A stretch of DNA of 64,000 bases. Source: Rebecca billardiae RCC1528. Taxonomy: Eukaryota > Protista > Haptophyta. The notes below the pieces were generated by a model, which saw only the letters and a program-made list of their open reading frames with translations, searched no databases and was not told where the DNA came from. Positions 1 to 9,174 of this stretch are shown here, one piece after another. Within the stretch, counting starts at the first letter, position 1, and each line of letters starts with the position of its first letter. Both the position numbers and the translations under genes were made by a program. The stretch is from positions 1,116,001 through 1,180,000 of the forward strand of contig OZ251231.1 in NCBI GenBank assembly GCA_965240325.2, given 5' to 3'.

Positions 1-1
1 G

Positions 2-1306
2 GTGGACCTGCATGGGGCCTTCAACGAGCTCGATGCAGATGCAGATGGCACCATCAGCTATGCTGACTTTGCTGACTTCCACTCCGGCTTCGAGCAGGCG
101 CTGCACACAGACCACTTCAACACCAGCATCATCGCTGAGAAGGCGCTGTGGCAGCCAGGGCTGGAGAAGAGTGCAGCGCAACCTTGGTCAGAAATTGATT
201 GGAAAGGTGCAGCTGCCTCCGCAGCGGTGGCTATGCCAGTCAACGCCGTTTTCACCCACCCCTACGTCATGTGCGGTTTGGCTGTCTACCTCCTCATCAC
301 CGACCCAGAGAAGTTCTACGCTGTGGTAACGCACGGCCTTCGCGCGCTGTACGAGGGCGCTACGGGCGCTGGCTCCGTCCTGGACATAGCGTATTCGACA
401 GATGACAAGGAGGGATACGACATGTTGACAGACCCGAACGCCATTGGATTTGGGGATATTCAAACGGAGTGCTATGGCTATGACATCAAGAGCTACAACC
501 GCGACGGAAAGGACTGCATGAATGACTGTCTGAGGGACAAGCGGTGCGCTGGCGTCTCGTTCAAGGTGAGGAAAGTCTACATGCCCTTGTGGCGCACCAT
601 CTACGAGCAGACGCACTGCATCACCAAGCGCAAGGCTTGCGCAGGACAGGCGGTCCGGAACCACAAGAACGCATTCAGTGACCGTGCCCTTCCTCCAGCG
701 GAGTGGTTCTTCCGGCCCAGGCTCTTTCCGGGCTATGTAACCACTGCTAGCATCGACTGCACAGGCACCAACCTCGAGTCGCACTGGTGGGACATCACGC
801 ACTGCAAGAACCGCTGCGACGAGCTCGAGGACTGCGCTGGCTTCAATTGGAACGGCGACTACTGCACTCTCAAGGCCAACTGTGGCGAAGGCAATCTTGC
901 CAAGGACACAGGCAGGAGCTTCTACGTCAAGCGCTGTGGAGTGAGCATGTCTATGTTCTATCGTGCAAACTTTGAAACCAGAGCGATCATAAACAGGCAC
1001 GGCCAGTCTGTCGTTACGCGATACAAGTCAGTTCGGCCGAAGCCCTGGAGTACCTATGAGGGATGCCGCGACCTCCTGTACCAGTGGACCGCAAAATGTG
1101 ATTGGAGGGACAATGTGCACATCAGCCAAGTCTACTCTGGGGGTGACTTCTTCTTGATGGAGGTCCCTGACACCAACGTTTTGCCCTCCAGGCGCTTCCA
1201 ATGCCTTCCCATTCCTTTCGGGCTGCGGCGTTGGAACGACAAGGTGGTTGTGGATTGGTATCGGCTGCCATACCACGAGTTAGATCAAGCGACGATCGCT
1301 GTGTGA
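2..1306 (+). CDS. 5'-partial membrane protein: EF-hand, one TM helix, two PAN/Apple-like Cys-rich domains
   Basis: EF-hand loop DADADGTISYADF; hydrophobic segment YVMCGLAVYLLI; PAN-like spacings C..DI....C...C....C.G(V/F) in CYGYDI..CMNDCLRDKRCAGVSF and CTGTNL..CKNRCDELEDCAGFNW..CTLK. The frame is open from the window edge, and GC is visibly lower than in neighbouring genes. Confidence 0.6.
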   Translation: MDLHGAFNELDADADGTISYADFADFHSGFEQALHTDHFNTSIIAEKALWQPGLEKSAAQPWSEIDWKGAAASAAVAMPVNAVFTHPYVMCGLAVYLLITDPEKFYAVVTHGLRALYEGATGAGSVLDIAYSTDDKEGYDMLTDPNAIGFGDIQTECYGYDIKSYNRDGKDCMNDCLRDKRCAGVSFKVRKVYMPLWRTIYEQTHCITKRKACAGQAVRNHKNAFSDRALPPAEWFFRPRLFPGYVTTASIDCTGTNLESHWWDITHCKNRCDELEDCAGFNWNGDYCTLKANCGEGNLAKDTGRSFYVKRCGVSMSMFYRANFETRAIINRHGQSVVTRYKSVRPKPWSTYEGCRDLLYQWTAKCDWRDNVHISQVYSGGDFFLMEVPDTNVLPSRRFQCLPIPFGLRRWNDKVVVDWYRLPYHELDQATIAV

Positions 1307-1852
1307 TGCTGGGCAGCATACGAAGGAAGGCAAGACGCGCGTCGATCGGCACGGCACGTACGTCCAGATTGGCGCATGATCACTCTCTCCTGTCACCGAT
1401 CATCGACGACAAGGCGCGTCGGCGAAACCCTTCGCCCCATTCGGCGGCACGTTCCACAGCCCGGACGGCGGCGGTGGCGACAACTGGCAGAGAGCAAGAA
1501 ATAACAAGGCAACGCATTGGTCGGCAGAGTGCTGCCAGTGGCGCGATGCAGCGACGAGCGCAGGCGGCGGGCTATCTCTCGAGTGACAGTCGAATAAATG
1601 AGGTGCGGCTTGGCAGCTGTGCTTCAGGAGTGATGCCCCAGGCTGGATGAAATACAGGGCCACCTGGGTGCCAGTGCCTGCGCGATGCCGTTCATCGTTG
1701 CCAATCCAGACTAACTCAAACTGTAAGCAGCTATATCAGTGATGTAGCAGCAGTTATATTATTACACCTTGATTATTATAAAACTGATGACGACAGCGCG
1801 CGGGCTGCGCGGCGACGACGCAAAAAAGTCAATCTCCCTCCTCAGCACGTAA

Positions 1853-1886
1853 AGAGAGAGAGAGAGAGAGACCGAGAGAGAGAGAG
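1853..1886. repeat. (GA)n microsatellite
   Basis: Directly visible, with one interruption. Confidence 0.9.
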
Positions 1887-2229
1887 TGAGCAGACGTGTA
1901 TATTGTCTGACGATGGTATGCGATGAGTATGACTCGACACTCTCGACATTGTCACTACTACTATATGTGAGTAACTGCCGTCATCAGTCACGCCGTTAAA
2001 GCGGAGACTAGACCGCCCCGCCTTCCGCCGCGCGGCCCGCATCCTGATCCTGGCGGTTGCCCGAGCCGCGTTGCGGCCCGGGGAGTCACGAACACGGTCA
2101 TCAGTCGTCATGACTGTCATCGTCACGGTCCGAGCACGCCTACTGCCTAGGCTGACAGCAGTGGCGACAGGCTCGTCAGCATGCATGCATGCCCATAGCA
2201 TGACGCAGATCATCACCACCCGCGTCTGC

Positions 2230-3845
2230 TCATCTTTCCCCACCGGAGCTGGCTGCAGCGGGGAGCGGGCTGCGCAGGGTGTTCGAGCGGAGCCATTGCT
2301 GCGCCTCGGGCAGCGCGTACTCGCTCGCAGTCGCACGCCCACCGGCCGCACGGCCCCCGCCAGCGTCCTCGCGAGCAGCCGAGCCGTCCAGCGGGGCGGC
2401 GTCCGGCAGGAGGGGCGTGACGGACGCGCTGGCGAGGTCAACGAGTCGCGCGCGCGGCCCCGCCGCGCCGCCGTTGAGCCACGCGCACGCGCCGCCCGCG
2501 GCGCGCACCGCCGCGCTCAGCCGCGCCGTGCGCGGGTCCGCCTGCTCCGCGGGCGAGAGGAACTCGGGCGCGGAGAGCAGGCGCGAGTGCACGACGCGCA
2601 CGCGGTCGCGCAGCAGGACGGGGAGCCGCGCCCACATGTTCTGCCGCAGGTTGAACTCGGGCGGGAGCTGCTTCACGCGCGCGCGCTCGGCCGGCTCGTC
2701 GAGCAGCGTCCAGAAGAGCCGCTGCGACGCCCACGTGTACGAAGCGGGCCGCTGCGTGCCCGCGGCCTCGTGCTCGAGCTGCGTGCGGTACGCGCGCGCG
2801 AAGAAGGCCCATGCGCTTTCGGTGCGGCGGAAATAAAAGGCGCCCGCGTTGAACTCGCGCAGCACGCGCACGCCCGCCTCGCCCTCGAACGGGCCGCGCT
2901 CCGCCTGCGCGTGCGCCAGCGCCAGCCCCGCGTCGTTCTCCAGCACGAGGCCGAGGTCGTGCCCGCGCATCGCGTCGAACGCCGCCGAGGGGTCGGCGCA
3001 CACCTGGCCGGGCGGCGGGCAGTGGCAGTGGGAGCGCGCGGCGCGGCGCGGCGCGGCGCGGCGCGAGGGGGCGGCTGAGACCGGTGGGCACGCAGCCCGC
3101 GCGCACCGCCCCGCGCGTGCGGCGGCGGCGGCAGCGCGGCGCGGCTCAGGCTGAGGCCACCACCGAAGGAGGACCCCAATCCATCGCAGGATCACTCCAG
3201 CCCGCTCATCTTCGCGCAGGGCGGGGACCCCTGGCGCGGCGCGGCGCGCACCTCGGTGTCGGCATCGAGCAGAAGCGTCTCTGCGAACGGCGAGTGCAGC
3301 GGCGCGACCACCTGCTCGGAGCACTGGCCGCGCACGATGCGCAGCTGGCCGCGGACGACGCAGTCCACGTCGGCCCCGAACAGCGTCGCGTTCAGCGCGG
3401 GGATCACGGCCTCCGTCAGGTGGACGAACACGGCGACCGGCAGGCGCGTCCTCGCGCGCGCCGTGTGCACCGCGCGCGCCAGCTCGGCCGCGTAGAAGGC
3501 CTTGCGCCCGCCCTGCGTGTCGAAGCGCTTCTGGTAGGCCTCGTGGCCGGTGGGTTGGTCACCGATCATGTACATGATGCCACGCGCGCCCGCGTGGCAG
3601 CGCTCGCTCCGCCTGATCCACTGCGGCGCAAGGCCCCACGGCTGACGCGGCACGCCTTCCGCGAGCGCGGGCGATGACGCGAGCAGCGTCGAGGCGGGCG
3701 ACCTGGTGAGGGCGAAGACCCACTGGGCGACGAGGAGCACGCTGAACAGCACGACGAGGCCGACCCACGCGCGCGACACGCGCGAGCCCAGCGGCGACGG
3801 TGCCTTGTGGCCGTGTCTCCGCCATCCGCCCATAATCGGCACCAT
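2230..3845 (-). CDS. Type II membrane GT-A glycosyltransferase (nucleotide-diphospho-sugar transferase-like); exons 3845-3252 and 3003-2230
   Basis: N-terminal TM (WVGLVVLFSVLLVAQWVF) and DxD motif LLLDADTE|VC joined across a GT..AG intron at 3251-3004. Downstream motifs are FNAGAFYFR, SQRLF and LPPEFN. Spliced length 1368 nt keeps frame. Confidence 0.7.
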
Positions 3846-3986
3846 CGTGCGCACCCTCCTGCTCGCTGCACGCTGCGCTGCTACTGTAAGTCCGGGCGAT
3901 TTCCGATTGGCTGTTGAAAACGCCAAACAGCTTTTCCTTTGGTGTGTGGCTTCCGACGATGGCGCTCCGCCGATACAAGTAGGCCG

Positions 3987-6900
3987 ATGGCGCTCTCGGC
4001 GAGGCTGTCCGTCGAGGACGAGTATGACATGGGCGAGGAGAGGCTCCTCGAGGGGCTGCTGCGCGAGCGCGAGCTAACCAGCTCGGCCATCTCGCACCTC
4101 GAAGCCTCCGTCGCGCAGGCCGTCGAGGCGCGCGCGCATGCCGCGGGGTTGCGCGAGCAGCTGCGCATGGCCATCGAGACTGAGCAGCGCGCGGTCGCGT
4201 GGGGGCAACGGCGCTCCCGCCAGGCGGGTGCGCGGCTGATCCTCGCGCTCGCCGACGCACGCATCGTGCTGCTCGATCTGTGGCCCGCCTTCGCCGCCTG
4301 GCGCGACGCCGCGGCGCCCCAGACGCACGACGCTGGGCATGCAGCGCGCGCGGCGGCCGCGCGCACTCTCTTCTCGCTGCACCACGAGCACGCGCGGCAG
4401 GCGCTCGCAGCGGCCCTGTGGCAGTGGCACGGCGCGCTCGTGGGCTCGGCGGCCAGCCGGCCGCCTCGCCTACGCGGCGCCGAGCCCGTCCTCGCCGACC
4501 CGAGCCCGGCGCGCGTGCCGCTGCTGGAAGTTGTCTTTCGAGCTGCCGAGCGCGCCGCGCGGCACGGCGCGCTGAGCGGCGCGGTGCGCGAGTGGCGAGT
4601 GGCCGCGGCGATGTGGGCGGCTGCGGCGGCCACGCCGCCGCCCGCGCCGCACGAGCCGCCGCAGACCCGCCCGCCCGCGCCCGCGCCCGCGCCGCAGATG
4701 GTGACGCCCGATCGGCCGGCGCCGGTCGGCGCTGCGAACGGCGCTGCTGAGCTGTCGGCGGCGCCGCCCGCGCCGGGCTCCGCGACGGCGGCGGTCGCGG
4801 CCGAGGGCGTGTGCGCGAGCGCGGCGCCGCCTCTCTCGCCCGTGGGCGAGCTGCGGCCCACGCGCGAGCTGCGCACGCCCAACACCCTCGTGCGCGACAG
4901 TCCCGGCGGTGGCGGCGTCGGCGCCGCCGGCCGGACTCCATCGCGCTCGCAGAGCGGAACCGGAACGCCCTCGCTGGCTGATCTGCGTGCGGAGTTGGCG
5001 TCGATTCGGCAGCGCTCGCACTCGCTGCGCGCGGCGTGCGACGACGCGTGCGCCGTGGCGAGCGCGCGCGCGCGCGCCGGCGTGCACGCGCACGGGCCGG
5101 CGGGCGCGAGCTCCAGCCATGCCGTGTTGGCGGCGGCGGCGGGCGGCGCAGCGGCGGCGGGCGGCGCGGCGGCGGCGGGCGGCGCGGCGGCGGCGGGCGG
5201 CGCGGCGGCGGTGGGCGGCGCGGCGGCGGCGGGCGCGGGGCCGTGGGCGGCTGGGGAGCCCACGCTGCCGCCGCGCGCCGCGGCGGCGGCCGCGTGTAAC
5301 GGCGCGGCCGCGCCGTTACACGCGCCGTTACACGCGCCGTTACACGCGCCGTTACACGCGCCGTTACACGCGGCGGTGTCGCATGCGCACGTCAGAGCGA
5401 AAACGGCGGCGGGGCTCGACGGCGCGGACGGCGCGGACGGCGCGGCTGACGCAAGTGCGGCGCTGGCTCGAACCGCGGACGCCGCCTCGGCCGCGCATGC
5501 GGCCGCCACCGCCGTCGCGGCGTCCGCCGCGCACGCGGCGTCCACCGCTGTCGTCGCGGCCACCGCCCACGCCGCCGCGGCCGCGCACGCCGCGGAGTTG
5601 GCGCAGGCGCGCGCGCGGCGCACGACGGCGGGCGCGCTCGCCCTGACTCGCTTTTGGTGGCAGGGCGCGCTCGGCGCGGCGCTCGGCGCGTGGCGGCGCG
5701 TCGCGCGCGAGCTGCACGAGCAGAGCCTGGTGGCGGTGTGGGCGGCGGAGGTGACGCGCGCGGCGGCGGCCGCGGGCGCGCGCACACAGTCGGCCGCGGC
5801 CGCGAGCAGGGCCTTCGCCCTGCTCGCGCGCCGCGCCGCGGACGCACACGCGACCCGCGGCGCGCGGCTGCTGCAGCGCGGCGCGCGCGCGGTGCGCTGC
5901 GTGCGCGCGTGCCTCGTGGCGCGCGCGTGCCGCGCGCTGCACGCGTGGGCGCGCGCCGCGTCGGCCGTCGCCGCGAGCACGGGTGCCGCTCAGGTGACAG
6001 AGCGACTCCGCTCGCAGCTGCGCTCGGCGCGCGAACTCGCCGACGCCGCGACGAGCGCAGCCGAGCTCACGCACGGCGCGGCGCGCGCGGCGCTCGCCGA
6101 GATGGCCGAGATTGCAATCTCGCGCACGGACCGCTTCGTGGGCGCGTCCGCCGGCGCGCTCCGCGAGGCGTCGGTGCTGCAGGGTCAACTCCGCGCGGCG
6201 GGCGCGGGCGCGCAGGTGTTGGCCGATGTGGCGGCGCGCGCGCAGGCCGCTGCCGCGGAGGCGGAGCACGGGCTGGCCGCGTTGCGGCTCGGCCGCGGCG
6301 GCGGGTTGGCGACGGGCGTGGGCTCGGCGGGCGCGTCGGCGCCGCCGGCCGCCGCGTCGGTGGTGGCGGCGGATGCGGCGCGGATCGCCGCGGCGTTGGC
6401 GCCCAGTGGCGGTGGCGCCGCCGACGTGCACGCCAGCCGCAGCGCGCCGGCGTCGGCGGCGCGCGCCGGCCGCGGAGCCCCCTGCGCCGCGCCCCCCGGC
6501 GCGACTCCCGGCGCTGCCGCCGGCGGCAGCGCCGGCTCCGAGGCTGGCGTGGCGGTCGTCGCGGCGGCGCCGCTCGCGCTGCGCAGGGCCAGCGCGTCCG
6601 CGCGGCTACTGCTCAACGCAGAGCGCGCGCGTACGGCCGCGGCCGCGGCGGCGCTCCGCCGCTGGTCGCACGCGGCGGCCATGCTGCGGTTTAGTTCGAT
6701 GAGTGACATCCTGGCCTCGCAGCTCGACGCCGAGCGCAGGCGCGGCGACGCGGCGGTGGAGGACACGGCGGCGACGCACCGCGCGCTGCACGCGGCGCAC
6801 TCGGAGGCGCGGCGCGCGCTCGCGCAGACCACGTCGCGCCTGAGTCGCGTGCGCGGCGCGCAGGGCGCGCGCGCGTGCGCGCGCGCGAGCGCGGCGCGCG

Positions 6901-8468
6901 CAGTCTCGCGCGCGCTCTGGCGCTGGCGGCTGTCCGCCACTGCGCTCGAGTCGTCCGCGCACGAGGCGTCGGCGGTGCGCGCGCGCGCCGACGCGGAGCG
7001 CACGACCGCGGCGCTGACGGAGGCGCGCGCGCTCGTGGCACAGCTGGAGGGAGCGGCGGAGGCGCAGGTCTCAAGAGCGGCCGAGGCGGCGCGCGCGCAG
7101 AAAGCGAGCGCGGAGCGCGGGAGCGGCGCGGGCGCGCCCGCGGCCGACTCATCGCAGCAGGACCCGCGCGAGGCCGAGGCGGCGTGGCTGCGCGCCGAGC
7201 TCGCGGCCGCGCGCGCGGAGGCGGAGGCGGTGAAGGCGGAGGCTGCCGCGGCGCAGAGCGTCGCACGCACCGCGCACGAGGACGCGGACGCCGCGTGGCA
7301 CGTGGCCGCGGAGGCGGAGCGGCGCGCGGAGGCGGCGGAGGCCACGATCGGTCGAGCGATCGACGACGCTCTCGCCGCGGCGCGCGAGGCGTGGGTTCGC
7401 GAGATGGAGAGCGGCTCGCCGCCGCCGCCGAGCTCTTCGGCGGAGCAGCAGCTCGGAGCGGGCTGGCTGACGCAGCCGCCGCAGAGGCTGGGCTCGCCGG
7501 TCGCGCCGCCGCCCGCCGCGCGGCCTGCGCCCGCGCGGGCGGACGGCGCGGAGGGCTGCAGCTGCGCGCTGGGTGCGACGTCCGTGACCGCGGCGCGCGA
7601 TCGCGCAGAGGGCCCAGAGCCGCCGCGTGCGGACGAGCTGGCAGCGCCGGGCTCGGCGCGCGCGGTGCCAAGTGCATTTGCCGGTAGCAGCCCGGCGGTG
7701 GCGCCGGCGGTGCCACCGGCTGAGGCTGCTGTCGACAGCCCGCCGACGCCGCCGCCGCTGCCGGGTGCGGCGGTGGCGCCGCCGTCCCTCGATGGCGGCG
7801 CTGCGGGCGCGAGCACACTGGCGTCCGGCTGCGCAGTGCACGCCGGCTCCGTGGAGCAGCGGCTGGCCGCAGCAGAGGCGCGCGTGCTCCGCTCCGCCGA
7901 GCGCGCGCACCGCCTGGCGCGCGCAGTGCGCTCGCACGCCGCGGGCTCCACAGACGACCGCGTCGCCATGGCTGCTCTGCGCGTGAGCGCAGTGCTGCGC
8001 GCGCGCGCGCTGAGCGCACAGGCGCGCGCACTGCTGCGCTGGGTGCGCGCGCACAGGGCCTGGGGCGCGCCCGCGCAGGCGCACACTGCCGACGGCGCGC
8101 AGCCACCGCCGCGCGGCGCTCGCGGCGCCGCGGGCCATCAGCCACCGTCAGCGTGCGCCTCAGCTGCGGCGCCGAGCGGCCGCGCCGCGGCTGGCAAGGC
8201 GCACGAAAATGGCTGCGCCGCCGCGGAGGACTCGGCGGCGGGCGGCGAGGGCGGCGGCGCGTATGGAGGCGCGGCGCGCGCGGGAGCGGGAGCGGGCGCT
8301 GAGGAGCGGGCCGCCGCCGCGTCGCAGGCCGCGCTCGCCGCCGGCGGCGCGCTGGCGCACGCGGGCGACGTCCCCACCGACCGGTGGGGCGAGGGCGCGG
8401 CCGAGGCGGAGAGTGCCTTCGCCGCGCGCTTCGGAGCCGACGATGACGCCTCCGACAGCGAGGGCTAA
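3987..8468 (+). CDS. Large Ala-rich coiled-coil protein with about 8 Sfi1-like (A[LF]xxW[R]) motifs
   Basis: Long open frame from ATG 3987 (MALSARLS). Repeated motifs AFAAWR, ALWQWH, AVREWR, ALGAWR, ALHAWA, ALRRWS, ALWRWR, ALLRWV. Hidden in-frame introns are possible. Confidence 0.55.
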   Translation: MALSARLSVEDEYDMGEERLLEGLLRERELTSSAISHLEASVAQAVEARAHAAGLREQLRMAIETEQRAVAWGQRRSRQAGARLILALADARIVLLDLWPAFAAWRDAAAPQTHDAGHAARAAAARTLFSLHHEHARQALAAALWQWHGALVGSAASRPPRLRGAEPVLADPSPARVPLLEVVFRAAERAARHGALSGAVREWRVAAAMWAAAAATPPPAPHEPPQTRPPAPAPAPQMVTPDRPAPVGAANGAAELSAAPPAPGSATAAVAAEGVCASAAPPLSPVGELRPTRELRTPNTLVRDSPGGGGVGAAGRTPSRSQSGTGTPSLADLRAELASIRQRSHSLRAACDDACAVASARARAGVHAHGPAGASSSHAVLAAAAGGAAAAGGAAAAGGAAAAGGAAAVGGAAAAGAGPWAAGEPTLPPRAAAAAACNGAAAPLHAPLHAPLHAPLHAPLHAAVSHAHVRAKTAAGLDGADGADGAADASAALARTADAASAAHAAATAVAASAAHAASTAVVAATAHAAAAAHAAELAQARARRTTAGALALTRFWWQGALGAALGAWRRVARELHEQSLVAVWAAEVTRAAAAAGARTQSAAAASRAFALLARRAADAHATRGARLLQRGARAVRCVRACLVARACRALHAWARAASAVAASTGAAQVTERLRSQLRSARELADAATSAAELTHGAARAALAEMAEIAISRTDRFVGASAGALREASVLQGQLRAAGAGAQVLADVAARAQAAAAEAEHGLAALRLGRGGGLATGVGSAGASAPPAAASVVAADAARIAAALAPSGGGAADVHASRSAPASAARAGRGAPCAAPPGATPGAAAGGSAGSEAGVAVVAAAPLALRRASASARLLLNAERARTAAAAAALRRWSHAAAMLRFSSMSDILASQLDAERRRGDAAVEDTAATHRALHAAHSEARRALAQTTSRLSRVRGAQGARACARASAARAVSRALWRWRLSATALESSAHEASAVRARADAERTTAALTEARALVAQLEGAAEAQVSRAAEAARAQKASAERGSGAGAPAADSSQQDPREAEAAWLRAELAAARAEAEAVKAEAAAAQSVARTAHEDADAAWHVAAEAERRAEAAEATIGRAIDDALAAAREAWVREMESGSPPPPSSSAEQQLGAGWLTQPPQRLGSPVAPPPAARPAPARADGAEGCSCALGATSVTAARDRAEGPEPPRADELAAPGSARAVPSAFAGSSPAVAPAVPPAEAAVDSPPTPPPLPGAAVAPPSLDGGAAGASTLASGCAVHAGSVEQRLAAAEARVLRSAERAHRLARAVRSHAAGSTDDRVAMAALRVSAVLRARALSAQARALLRWVRAHRAWGAPAQAHTADGAQPPPRGARGAAGHQPPSACASAAAPSGRAAAGKAHENGCAAAEDSAAGGEGGGAYGGAARAGAGAGAEERAAAASQAALAAGGALAHAGDVPTDRWGEGAAEAESAFAARFGADDDASDSEG
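5291..5369. repeat. 34-bp perfect palindrome plus 5 tandem copies of GCGCCGTTACAC
   Basis: cgcgtgtaacggcgcgg|ccgcgccgttacacgcg at 5291-5324; the 12-mer array encodes (APLH)5. Confidence 0.9.
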
Positions 8469-9174
8469 CACAGCTCACACCGAGCACCGGCCGTCCTGAG
8501 ACAGACCAACTCGGTCTGGCAGACTGCCACGCGGTGGCCCGGGACGCCGGGGACGCGTGCCCGTCTCTATTCATTCGTCATCATTGTATTTATTGTAGTC
8601 GCGGCCACCACCGCCATTAAATCCCATTATTGATGTCTGCTGACGATAGCTCGTCTGTCGTCATAGCTGGCGCGATAGCTGTACTGGCTGTAGTCTTGAT
8701 GAGTCATACGGTCCCAGTAACTACTCGGTCTCGGCGGTAATTATAATAATAATAATTGAAGCCGCGGCAGCCGATTCCGTGATGACTCAGCTGACAGCCG
8801 GCCGACCCGGTGCTGGTGGGCGTGGCATTGCACGCGCCCGTGGCTGTGGCTGTGGCACCCGCGGGCGGCGGGCAGTGCACCATTGACTGATCGACTGAGT
8901 GCAGGTACGTTAACAGTGTCAAGGGCGGTACAGTGTGCACCCACACTGCCTGCAGGTTGCACAGCTTCTGCTTGAACATCGATCCGCGATCGTCACTCGT
9001 CAGTTCCCGCAGCATCGTCAGTTCTCAGCGGGGCCCTCTTGGCAGCGCTAGCTTGCGTGGCGGGCCGTGGCGCAAAGAGCGCTCCGGCGCGCGGCGTGGC
9101 CCACCGCACGCCGCGGATCAAGCCGCTCGCGCACGTGACGCACGAGCTCCGGCGGTGGGTCCGCGCCCCGCGCG

